The notes under the pieces were generated by a model. That model made no database searches, was not told the DNA's origin, and saw nothing but the letters and a program-made list of their open reading frames with translations. Both the position numbers and the translations under genes were made by a program. A stretch of 64,000 nt of DNA from positions 9,331 through 73,330 of the forward strand of contig JAXLZM010000005.1 of assembly GCA_046350855.1 (NCBI GenBank), written 5' to 3'. Within the stretch, counting starts at the first letter, position 1, and each line of letters starts with the position of its first letter. Source of the DNA: Candidatus Anderseniibacteriota bacterium (GTDB taxonomy: Bacteria; Patescibacteriota; JAUYIX01). This document shows, piece by piece, positions 29,684-38,305 of this stretch.

Positions 29684-30124
29684 ATGTCTGGGTATCCAAC
29701 CAACCTCGTGCGTCACGCACACTTTGCTTCCGTGGCAGGCTATTTAACGGAGGACAACTTTCCGGTGGTTCTGCCACTGGAAGAACATCCCGACTACCGT
29801 CTCATCAACCCGGGCGCCGTGTCTACTGCCGCGATCTTGGAGCAGATGCAGGCAGAACGGCAACGCGCGCCTTCGCTGTACGAGCTGATCACCTGGGCCG
29901 TCGAGCATCCCGAGGCTGGACTCAAGCAGTGGGTGATCGCTTTGGGTCAGTCTATCCCTGGCGAAAATAAGAATCGCGGCTACCCGTGCGCGCGACCCGA
30001 TCGGCGCGGCATGCGTGATCTGGCCTGCGCGTGGGAGCGTCCCATTGGCCGACCGTGGGGCGCGGAGGATCTGTTCTTGGTTGTGCAGGAGCCGCCTCCC
30101 GGATTCAAACTCACCTTTGCGTGA
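29684..30124 (+). CDS. Paralog of the DGR target protein (no TR-matching VR)
   Basis: RAPSLYELITWAVEHPEAGLKQWVIALGQS aligns with the target's RPATLYELLVWAAKNPLEGTQYWVVALEQY. Its C-terminal region has no DNA match to the TR. Confidence 0.55.
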   Translation: MSGYPTNLVRHAHFASVAGYLTEDNFPVVLPLEEHPDYRLINPGAVSTAAILEQMQAERQRAPSLYELITWAVEHPEAGLKQWVIALGQSIPGENKNRGYPCARPDRRGMRDLACAWERPIGRPWGAEDLFLVVQEPPPGFKLTFA

Positions 30125-30299
30125 GAGTTGTAGTGCTACTAGTGGGCTCGATCTCTGATCGAGCCCCTCTTTTTGTGCAAGTTGACAAAAGAGCCTTTTT
30201 AGTGTAAGGTGTGTGTTTGCTCTTTAACTGGTACGTCTAGAACCCGTGGCATGGTGCTGTGGGTTGTCGGACAAGCCAAGTACCAAGGAGAACACTCAA

Positions 30300-30971
30300 A
30301 TGGCAAAGGCCAAGACCGCAAAGAAGAAGTCGGAGACGGCTTCTGCGATCGGTGTGTACGCCAAGATCTGGATCGCGATCGAGGCAGCCGTGCTCGCCAA
30401 GGGCGGCACGTACAACGACCTTTACTCGCTCAGCGAGACCAAGGACGCCACCCTGATCAACAAGTTCGCGGAACTCGTGGTCACCTCCAAGAATGGCGCC
30501 AAGAAGGTTGCCGATAAGGTCGTCGACGTGATGGCCGGTTACCTCCAGCGCCTGACCGTTGCCTGCAACTTCTCGTACGTGTGGGACGGCATCACGGAGG
30601 CTCGCTTCCCGATGCCGACCAAGCCCGTGAGTGAGAAGCTCGAGTACGTGGTCTACTCCATCAAGCAGGCCATGAACCGCGCTGAAATCATCGCTGCCAT
30701 GGCTGCCGAGGGACTGCGGCCCGCCACCCTGTACGAACTGCTGGTCTGGGCTGCCAAGAACCCGCTCGAAGGCACTCAGTACTGGGTGGTTGCTCTTGAG
30801 CAGTACTTCACGGATTCCGGCGGCAGCCTCGACTTCGCCTACATCAACCCCTATGGCTACGGCAGGCGCGAGCTCGACTACGGCTGGATCAACCGCCTCA
30901 GCGATCGGTGGAGCGCCGACGGTCGTTTTCTCGCCGTCCGCAAGTCGAGCGACGAGCCCTTGGCCACTTAG
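30300..30971 (+). CDS. DGR target (variable) protein with C-terminal VR
   Basis: AAGGAG 8 nt upstream of the ATG at 30300. The C-terminal 144 nt equal the TR except at TR adenines. Confidence 0.8.
   Translation: MAKAKTAKKKSETASAIGVYAKIWIAIEAAVLAKGGTYNDLYSLSETKDATLINKFAELVVTSKNGAKKVADKVVDVMAGYLQRLTVACNFSYVWDGITEARFPMPTKPVSEKLEYVVYSIKQAMNRAEIIAAMAAEGLRPATLYELLVWAAKNPLEGTQYWVVALEQYFTDSGGSLDFAYINPYGYGRRELDYGWINRLSDRWSADGRFLAVRKSSDEPLAT
30804..30947 (+). repeat. DGR variable repeat (VR)
   Basis: 144-nt match to 31278..31421 with 21 differences, every one at a TR adenine. Confidence 0.85.
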
Positions 30972-31277
30972 TTCCTTGGAACTCATAGAGACCACCTGGT
31001 CTCTTGGTTCCCGCCCTCGGAAGACACATGTCTTCCGAGGGTATTTTTTATCTGCTACTATTTTTTGGGATCGCGACTAGTCAGGCTACAGCTTGACCAA
31101 TCAAAATCTCGGTTCATTCTAGGCCAGGATCCCGTCGGTCAAGACTTACGGGAGCGTGCTTGCAGTGAGCCAAATAAAACATGACTTGGTGTAGTTAGTT
31201 GGAGAGCTTGCAGCTCCAAACATAGATTCAGTCGGGAGATATTCAACCGACGGTGACACGGATGGCTTTCTACACAC

Positions 31278-31421
31278 AACTTCACGGATTCCGACGGCAA
31301 CCTCAACTTCGCCTACATCAACCCCAATGGCAACGGCAGGCGCAAGCTCAACTACAACTGGATCAACCACCTCAGCAATCAGTGGAACACCGACAATCGT
31401 TTTCTCGCCGTCCGCAAGAAA
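31278..31421 (+). repeat. DGR template repeat (TR)
   Basis: Invariant A-rich copy (AAC codons) of the VR. Lies between the target gene and avd/RT. Confidence 0.85.
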
Positions 31422-31432
31422 TGTTTTATCTA

Positions 31433-31852
31433 CTATGAGGGCCCGTAACCAAACGTTGCGGGCTTTTTAGTAGCCGATTTTTGCCATCCGCCCAGCATGC
31501 GTCCTACTTCAGCAAGCGGCGTACTGATATGTGCATATTTTTTGTGATCAATCAATTTGAGTTCCCACGCAATTTGTAAAAAGAATTTGAGTGTATCAAG
31601 TGTGCTGCTTGCTGCGCGTATAAGGTCTGCTTTACGCTTTGGGCTGGCAAAACAGGCCTGCAATAATCGAGTAATTAAATCTAAAAAAAGAGTCTCGATC
31701 CGTCCGCCAATTCCTTGGTGTGCTAGCCGTGGTAAGTTTGGCAGCGTTCCATACCAGGTTTTATATGCTAATGATGCACGTTGTAGAATTGGCGCATCTG
31801 GAGATGGCTGGGGGGGGGTATTCCAAGCACTATGAAACGGTTGCTGAACCAT
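31433..31852 (-). CDS. avd: Avd-like accessory variability determinant (four-helix-bundle protein)
   Basis: ASSTLDTLKFFLQIAWELKLIDHKKYAHISTPLAEVGRMLGGWQKS matches the four-helix-bundle / 23S-rRNA-IVS protein family used as DGR Avd. It is on the opposite strand to the TR and RT. Confidence 0.6.
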   Translation of the reverse strand: MVQQPFHSAWNTPPQPSPDAPILQRASLAYKTWYGTLPNLPRLAHQGIGGRIETLFLDLITRLLQACFASPKRKADLIRAASSTLDTLKFFLQIAWELKLIDHKKYAHISTPLAEVGRMLGGWQKSATKKPATFGYGPS

Positions 31853-32830
31853 ACGTTTGAGCAGGCTATATCACTTGAGAATTTACTGCTAGCTTGGCAG
31901 GAGTTTGCTACTGAAAAGCGTTATAAGCTGGACGTGGCCCATTTTAGTTTGAGGTTATTTGAAAATGTTCAGCAGTTGCAAAAGGAGCTTGAGGATGCCT
32001 CGTATCAGCACGGTGGGTATTATCGGTTCCGAGTGTGCGATCCAAAACCACGTGTAATTCATAAAGCAACTGTGCGCGATCGACTGTTACATCACGCATT
32101 GTATCGCGTGCTCTATCCATTTTTTGAGGATACGTTTTGCAGCGACGTGTTTTCTTCTCTCAAAAATAGGGGCGCTCATGCGGCACTCTCTCGTTTTGCG
32201 CATTTATACAATAGGGTAAGTCATAATAGTACGCGGACTTGCTGGGTCCTAAAATGCGATATCGCAAAGTTTTTTGACACAATTGATCACGAGATTCTTA
32301 AAAAACTACTCGAGGCTAGAGTCGAGGACAAAAAGCTACGTGTGCTCTTAAGCACGGTTATTGATAGTTTTTCGGTCCTACCTGGTAAAGGTCTACCGCT
32401 CGGCAACTTAACTTCACAATTGTTCTGCAATATTTATTTAAGTCACTTCGACAACTTTGTTAAACATTCGGTGCGTGCAAAGACCTATATTCGTTACGCA
32501 GACGATTTTGTAGTTATGTCGGATCGACGTGATTTTTTAGAGACACTTATTCCAAAGTTTGCAGATTTTCTGCAAAAAGAACTTAGACTCTCGCTGCATC
32601 CGCGCAAAGTGTCAATCAGCACAGTCGCATCAGGTGTCGACTTTTTGGGGTGGGTGCATTTTCCACATCACCGAGTCTTAAGGACCAAGACAAAAAATCG
32701 TCTACTGCGTCATGTCGCGATCTCTCCTCATACACCAACGATTGCATCATATCGAGGCTTACTAAAGCATGGTCATGCTAGACGCATTGAGCAAAAGCTT
32801 GCCTCGATTGAACTCTTTGGCAGGCTGTAA
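31832..32830 (+). CDS. DGR reverse transcriptase
   Basis: RT motifs VLKCDIAKFFDTIDH, LPLGNLTSQLFCNIYL (the DGR-specific SQ..N motif), YIRYADDFVV (YxDD) and GVDFLGW. Confidence 0.9.
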   Translation: MKRLLNHTFEQAISLENLLLAWQEFATEKRYKLDVAHFSLRLFENVQQLQKELEDASYQHGGYYRFRVCDPKPRVIHKATVRDRLLHHALYRVLYPFFEDTFCSDVFSSLKNRGAHAALSRFAHLYNRVSHNSTRTCWVLKCDIAKFFDTIDHEILKKLLEARVEDKKLRVLLSTVIDSFSVLPGKGLPLGNLTSQLFCNIYLSHFDNFVKHSVRAKTYIRYADDFVVMSDRRDFLETLIPKFADFLQKELRLSLHPRKVSISTVASGVDFLGWVHFPHHRVLRTKTKNRLLRHVAISPHTPTIASYRGLLKHGHARRIEQKLASIELFGRL

Positions 32831-32869
32831 AAAACAATTGAAAAAACCGCTCAAAACGGCTAGCATCGG

Positions 32870-34978
32870 TTGGTTATGAGCCGTGTGGTTCTGCCAAAAA
32901 ATCAGGCTAAAACGCGGGTTACAAAGCTGCATGAACTGATCAACAAAGAGCGCTACAACGTGCACGTGCTCGATCGCTCGACCATGTCCGAGGCGGCCCT
33001 CGACTCGCTTAAAAAAGAGCTGTTTAATTTGGAGCAGGCCTATCCGGATCTCGTGACGCCCGACTCGCCGACCCAGCGCGTGGCGGGTAAACCCTTGCCA
33101 GCGTTTACTAAGGTTCGGCAGCCGGTGCGGATACTCTCACTCAACGACGCGTTTAGTTTAGAGGATCTGCAGGAGTGGGAGACCCGTCTTAAAAAGGTAG
33201 AACCGCGCGGAGACTACTCGTATTTTTGTGAACTCAAAATCGACGGGCTCGACATCGTGCTCAAGTACGAGGACGGCATGTTTGTGCAGGGTGCCACGCG
33301 CGGGGATGGACAAGTGGGAGAGGATGTCACCCAAAACTTACGAACCATCGATGCGATTCCGCTGCGACTTGATGTAGAAGCCTTCGAGAAAAAGTTCAAA
33401 CGTAAGTTACCGCGTACAGTCTACGTGCAAGGTGAGATTTATTTGCCGATCAAAGAGTTTGAACGCATCAACGCGGAGCAAAAAGCCAAGGGCGGTACGC
33501 TCTATGCCAACCCGCGCAACACCGCCGCGGGGTCGATTCGGCAACTGGATGCCAAATTGGTGGCTGACCGTCGACTCTCTATTTTTATTTTCAATATTTT
33601 GACGGACTTGGGTCAGCGTACGCACGAGGAGCTGCACGAGATGGCGTTTACCCTGGGTTTGCCGGTGGAACCGCACAGCAAACTGTTTAAATCGATCGAG
33701 GCGGTGGATGCGTATCTCAAAGAGTGGGACAAAAAGCGCAAGGGCTTGCGCTACCAAACGGATGGGGCGGTGGTGCAAGTAAATGATGCGCGTTTGTTTG
33801 CCACACTGGGCGTGGTTGGTAAGGCGCCACGTGGCGCTATGGCCTACAAATTTGCTGCAGAAGAAGCGACCACAAAAGTGCGCGAGATTATGATCTCTGT
33901 TGGTCGTACCGGTGCCCTCACCCCGATCGCGGTCATGGATCCGGTGCTCGTGGCAGGTACGACGGTCTCGCGCGCCTCGATGCACAACGAGGACGAAGTG
34001 CGCCGCCTCGACGTGCGGGTCGGTGACACGGTCATCATCCGTAAAGCGGGGGATATTATTCCGGAAGTGGTGCGCGTGCTCAAAGAGTTGCGACCGGCCA
34101 ACGTCAAAGGTGACAAAAAACAATTTACGATGCCCAAGACCTGTCCAATGTGCGGGGGCAAGGTGGTCAGGCGTACGGGCGAGGCGGCGCACTACTGCGC
34201 CAATCCAAAATGCTTTGCGATCGACCGTGAGCGCGTGATCCATATGATTTACGCCTTTGATATTTATTTTGTCGGGCCCAAGCTGATCGACAAATTGTTT
34301 GATGCAGAACTGATCCGCGATGCCGGCGACATCTTTAGCCTCAAAGTGGGTGATTATGAAGGCTTGCCAAACTTTGGCGAAGTATCCGCGCGCCGTGCGT
34401 ATGACGCAGTCGCCGCAAAAAAGAAAATCGAACTCGCTCGCTTGCTCTGGGGGCTCGGTATCAGACACGTGGGCGGGGAGACCGCGACCGACCTAGCTCG
34501 TCTGATCGTTGCGATGTGGCACAAGCGCGCAAACGGTAAAACCAAAAGCGGTTCTGCCGGACCAATGCTCTCCGACCTGATCGACTTTTTGCCTTCGGTC
34601 ACGCTCGAGGGCTGGATGAACACCGAAGGCATCGGCGATGTGGTCGCCAAAAGCTTGCAGGCGTATTTTGCCAACAAAGAGAATCTCAAATTCCTCAAAA
34701 AACTGCAGGCGGCGGGGGTTGCGATTGTTCTGCCAAAGCGTCAAAAAACAAAGCTGGCGGGCAAGACCTTTGTACTGACCGGTACGCTCGAAAAATTCTC
34801 GCGCGAGGTGGCCAAGCAAAAGATCGAAGACTTGGGCGGCTCGGTAGCCAGCAGCGTTTCGAGCCACACGGACTATGTAGTGGTTGGGGCAGAGCCGGGT
34901 TCAAAAGCTAAAAAGGCTAAAGAATTGGGCGTCAAAACTCTCACGGAAGCGCAATTTGTTACCATGCTCGGGTCATGA
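32870..34978 (+). CDS. ligA: NAD-dependent DNA ligase
   Basis: KxDG adenylation motif (ELKIDGLDIV), Zn finger CPMCGGKVVR...C, HhH and C-terminal BRCT. 702 aa. Confidence 0.9.
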   Translation: MVMSRVVLPKNQAKTRVTKLHELINKERYNVHVLDRSTMSEAALDSLKKELFNLEQAYPDLVTPDSPTQRVAGKPLPAFTKVRQPVRILSLNDAFSLEDLQEWETRLKKVEPRGDYSYFCELKIDGLDIVLKYEDGMFVQGATRGDGQVGEDVTQNLRTIDAIPLRLDVEAFEKKFKRKLPRTVYVQGEIYLPIKEFERINAEQKAKGGTLYANPRNTAAGSIRQLDAKLVADRRLSIFIFNILTDLGQRTHEELHEMAFTLGLPVEPHSKLFKSIEAVDAYLKEWDKKRKGLRYQTDGAVVQVNDARLFATLGVVGKAPRGAMAYKFAAEEATTKVREIMISVGRTGALTPIAVMDPVLVAGTTVSRASMHNEDEVRRLDVRVGDTVIIRKAGDIIPEVVRVLKELRPANVKGDKKQFTMPKTCPMCGGKVVRRTGEAAHYCANPKCFAIDRERVIHMIYAFDIYFVGPKLIDKLFDAELIRDAGDIFSLKVGDYEGLPNFGEVSARRAYDAVAAKKKIELARLLWGLGIRHVGGETATDLARLIVAMWHKRANGKTKSGSAGPMLSDLIDFLPSVTLEGWMNTEGIGDVVAKSLQAYFANKENLKFLKKLQAAGVAIVLPKRQKTKLAGKTFVLTGTLEKFSREVAKQKIEDLGGSVASSVSSHTDYVVVGAEPGSKAKKAKELGVKTLTEAQFVTMLGS

Positions 34979-35658
34979 TTGGGGAACTAATCGCACGCAT
35001 CGCAGAGTGGGTCACGCACGTCATCAGCGTCACTGGATACGCCGGCGTGTTTGGGTTGCTCTTTATAGACGCCATGAACATCCCGCTCCCGTCCGAGATC
35101 TCATTGGGATTTGCGGGGTACTTAGTCTCGACCGGACGCTTTACGTTTGTACTGGCCGTTTTGGTTGGTACGCTCGGTTACACCGCGGGCGCCGCGCTCT
35201 CGTATTGGATCGGACTCAAAGGTGGACGCCGCGTGGTCGAGCGCTACGGCCGCTTTTTACTCATCTCAAAGCGCGACCTGGCCCGGGCGGACAAACTCTT
35301 TAAAAAATACGGCAACGCCATCGCGTTTTTCTCGCGCATGTTGCCGGTTCTGCGCACCTTTATCTCGCTGCCAGCCGGCGTGTTTAAAGTGCCCTTTGGT
35401 CGCTACATTAGCTATACGTTTGTGGGTTCACTCTTGTGGTCGATTGTATTTGTCTACTTAGGTCAATTGGTCGGGGAGAACTACGAGATTCTGGCCGAAA
35501 AAATGCACGGGGTGGAATACGTGGTGGTCGGCGTGCTATTGCTGGGTGCGATCTACTGGGTCTACCACTTTATTAAGGAGCAGCGCGAGATTAAGCGAGA
35601 GTTGGCGACGGGTACGGCGGTTCAGCCAGCGGATGACAAGTCTGGTAGGACCCGCTAG
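34975..35658 (+). CDS. dedA: DedA/VTT-family membrane protein
   Basis: ATGA coupling to ligA. Typical DedA N-terminus and multi-TM profile. Confidence 0.75.
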   Translation: MIGELIARIAEWVTHVISVTGYAGVFGLLFIDAMNIPLPSEISLGFAGYLVSTGRFTFVLAVLVGTLGYTAGAALSYWIGLKGGRRVVERYGRFLLISKRDLARADKLFKKYGNAIAFFSRMLPVLRTFISLPAGVFKVPFGRYISYTFVGSLLWSIVFVYLGQLVGENYEILAEKMHGVEYVVVGVLLLGAIYWVYHFIKEQREIKRELATGTAVQPADDKSGRTR

Positions 35659-35667
35659 GATCTGCAC

Positions 35668-35958
35668 ATGGCAATTACCCCGCAGCAGGTAGAACACGTG
35701 GCGACCCTGGCGCGTATTGGACTGACCCCGGAGCAAGTCAAACACTACACCGAGGAATTACGTAAGATTTTGGCCTTTGTGGAACAGCTCAAAGAAGTCG
35801 ACACTACCGATGTGCCGGAGACCTCGCACGTGACGGGACTGAATAACGTCACGCGTCCCGATGCGACGTTGCCACCCCTCGATCGCGAGACGTTTTTGGA
35901 TGGGGCACCCGCGCACCAAGATGGACAGCTAAAAGTTAAGGGAGTCTTTAGCGCATGA
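35668..35958 (+). CDS. gatC: Asp/Glu-tRNA amidotransferase subunit C
   Basis: 96 aa, ITPQQVEHVATLARIGLTPEQV... Confidence 0.8.
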   Translation: MAITPQQVEHVATLARIGLTPEQVKHYTEELRKILAFVEQLKEVDTTDVPETSHVTGLNNVTRPDATLPPLDRETFLDGAPAHQDGQLKVKGVFSA

Positions 35959-37436
35959 GCGGGGATTTGACGCGTCTGGGGGTGTTGGAGAGTGCGACCG
36001 GGCTTGAGCGGGGTCAGTTTTCTAGTGTCGAGTTGTTACAGGCCTATCAAAAGCGGCGTGCCGAGCTCGATCCCAAAGTCGCAGCTTTTTTACAGACTTT
36101 GGATGAACCAGCCCTCGAGCAGGCCAAGCACGTGGACCAACGCCGCGCCAAAGGGGATCGCTTACCCTTGTTGGCCGGAGTACCGATCGCGGTTAAAGAC
36201 AACTTTAATGTGCTTGGCTCCGAGACGACCTGCGGTAGCAAGATTCTTAAGGGCTACGTCTCGCCCTACGACGCCACCGCCGTTGCTAAACTCAAGCAAG
36301 CCGGTGCGATTATCGTAGGCAAAACCAATTTGGATGAATTTGCCATGGGTTCCTCGACCGAGAACTCAGCCTTTAAACCCACCAAAAATCCCTGGGACCT
36401 GACGCGGGTGCCGGGTGGTTCATCCGGTGGAAGTGCCGCGGCGGTAGCGGCTGATTTGTGTGCGGCCGCTTTGGGCTCCGACACGGGCGGCTCGGTGCGC
36501 CAGCCAGCGGCTCTGACCGGAACGGTCGGACTCAAGCCCACCTACGGACGGATCAGTCGCTACGGGCTCTTATCGTTGGCCTCGAGCTTAGACGTCGTTG
36601 GCACACTGACCAAAACGGTCGGCGATGCGGCGCTCTTACTCCAAACTATAGCCGGCGAGGATCCACATGACGCCACCTGCCACCGAGAGTATCCGCCCGA
36701 GTATCTCAACCTTTTAACCGCCGCCTCGGTCAAGGGACTGCGCATCGGGCTACCTAAAGAGTATTTTTCACAAGGGCTCGATCCGGCGGTCGAGGAGCAG
36801 GTCCGGTCGGCGGCCAAGGTACTCGAGCAGGCCGGGGCAAAACTTGTCGAAGTCTCTTTGCCGCACTCCAAATACGCTCTCGCTACCTACTACATTATTT
36901 TGCCCTGCGAGGCTTCCTCCAACTTGGCCCGCTACGATGGTATCCGCTACGGCGCCTCGGCTATGCGCGAGGGTGGTTCTGCCAAGGACTTGGTACAGGT
37001 GTATATGCAGTCTCGTGCGCGTGGTTTTGGGGCAGAACCAATCCGCCGCATCATGCTCGGCACCTACGCGCTCTCATCCGGGTACTACGACGCGTACTAC
37101 CGCCGTGCGCAAAAAGTCCGCACCCTGGTCCGCCGCGACTTTTTGCAAGCCTTTAAAAAAGTGGATCTGCTCCTGACCCCGACCGCGCCAACTACCGCCT
37201 TTAGGCTTGGCGAAAAAAAGCACGACCCCTTAGCCATGTACCTCAACGATATTTTAACGGTGGCGGTTAATGTGGCCGGTGTGCCCGCTCTCTCACTGCC
37301 CTGTGGCTTTGCGGGGGGCTTGCCGGTCGGCCTGCAGTTGATCGCCCCAGACCTCAACGAGGAGGCTCTCTTTAAAGCTGGTCACGTCTACCAGAGCCAG
37401 ACCAATTGGCATACTAAAAAACCCGCTCTACACTAA
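35955..37436 (+). CDS. gatA: Asp/Glu-tRNA amidotransferase subunit A
   Basis: Amidase signature GGSSGGSAAAVA. ATGA-coupled to gatC. Confidence 0.9.
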   Translation: MSGDLTRLGVLESATGLERGQFSSVELLQAYQKRRAELDPKVAAFLQTLDEPALEQAKHVDQRRAKGDRLPLLAGVPIAVKDNFNVLGSETTCGSKILKGYVSPYDATAVAKLKQAGAIIVGKTNLDEFAMGSSTENSAFKPTKNPWDLTRVPGGSSGGSAAAVAADLCAAALGSDTGGSVRQPAALTGTVGLKPTYGRISRYGLLSLASSLDVVGTLTKTVGDAALLLQTIAGEDPHDATCHREYPPEYLNLLTAASVKGLRIGLPKEYFSQGLDPAVEEQVRSAAKVLEQAGAKLVEVSLPHSKYALATYYIILPCEASSNLARYDGIRYGASAMREGGSAKDLVQVYMQSRARGFGAEPIRRIMLGTYALSSGYYDAYYRRAQKVRTLVRRDFLQAFKKVDLLLTPTAPTTAFRLGEKKHDPLAMYLNDILTVAVNVAGVPALSLPCGFAGGLPVGLQLIAPDLNEEALFKAGHVYQSQTNWHTKKPALH

Positions 37437-37463
37437 TTGGCAGAACCACTAACCGCGTAGCAT

Positions 37464-38249
37464 ATGGGTCGAGAACGACAAGCGCGCCTCGAGCGCAAAG
37501 AAATTCGGCAAGAACTCCTCGCACAACAGCGGGCGCGTCGGCGTAACTTTTGGCCATTGCTCCTGTTATTAGTGATCGGCATTGGTGGGGGAACGGCACT
37601 GGGCTATCACTACCGCTCACAGTCCACAACTCCGGCTCAACAAACTAACGGTTCAGCCGCTACCAAAAATACGGCGCCTACAGAAAATAAAACCGCACAA
37701 CCTACTCAATCAACTAACGCAAAAACTATGACCGCAGTTATTAAAACCGACAAAGGCGACATCACCCTGGAGCTCGACCGCAAGGCCGCGCCTAAGACCG
37801 TCGACAACTTTGTAAAACTCGCCAAAGAAAAGCTGTATGACGGCACAACGTTCCACCGGGTAATTGCAGACTTTATGATCCAAGGTGGTGATCCGCTGAG
37901 CAAAGACGCTGACCCCAGCAACGACGGAACGGGCGGTCCAGGCTACACCTTTGCGGATGAGATCAACCCACGCTCACTCGGTGTGGCCGAGGATCTGATT
38001 AAGCAGTACGAGGCGCAGGGCTATACCTACAACTATGATTTGCAATCGATTAAGATCGATCCGGGCGTAATCGCTATGGCCAACTCCGGCCCCAACACCA
38101 ACGGTAGTCAATTTTTTATCGTGACCACGCAACCGCAGGCGCACCTCTATGGCAAGCACACCGGTTTTGGCAAAGTCACGGCCGGTATGGACGTGGTGCT
38201 CAAAATCGCGCAAGGCGATAAGATCAACACCATCGAAATCGTCGAGTAA
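37464..38249 (+). CDS. ppiB: Cyclophilin-type peptidyl-prolyl isomerase with N-terminal TM anchor
   Basis: FHRVIADFMIQGGDP and the cyclophilin core. Confidence 0.85.
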   Translation: MGRERQARLERKEIRQELLAQQRARRRNFWPLLLLLVIGIGGGTALGYHYRSQSTTPAQQTNGSAATKNTAPTENKTAQPTQSTNAKTMTAVIKTDKGDITLELDRKAAPKTVDNFVKLAKEKLYDGTTFHRVIADFMIQGGDPLSKDADPSNDGTGGPGYTFADEINPRSLGVAEDLIKQYEAQGYTYNYDLQSIKIDPGVIAMANSGPNTNGSQFFIVTTQPQAHLYGKHTGFGKVTAGMDVVLKIAQGDKINTIEIVE

Positions 38250-38305
38250 CACTAGAGTTGAGGCAAGTTGCACGGGCAGCCACTTACGGCTAGACTCGTG
38301 GGCCG

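Noticed and set aside
31253-31438. 61-aa Gln/Arg-rich ORF (MTRMAFYTQLHGFRRQPQLRLHQ...)
   Set aside because: It is the template repeat of the DGR read in a non-coding frame. Its A-richness produces a long stop-free frame by chance.
37425-37455. Reading TTGGCAGAACC as a sigma-54 (-24 TGGCAC / -12 TTGC) promoter
   Set aside because: The -12 TTGC element is absent at the required spacing, and the motif sits at gene 3' ends in both orientations rather than upstream of starts.
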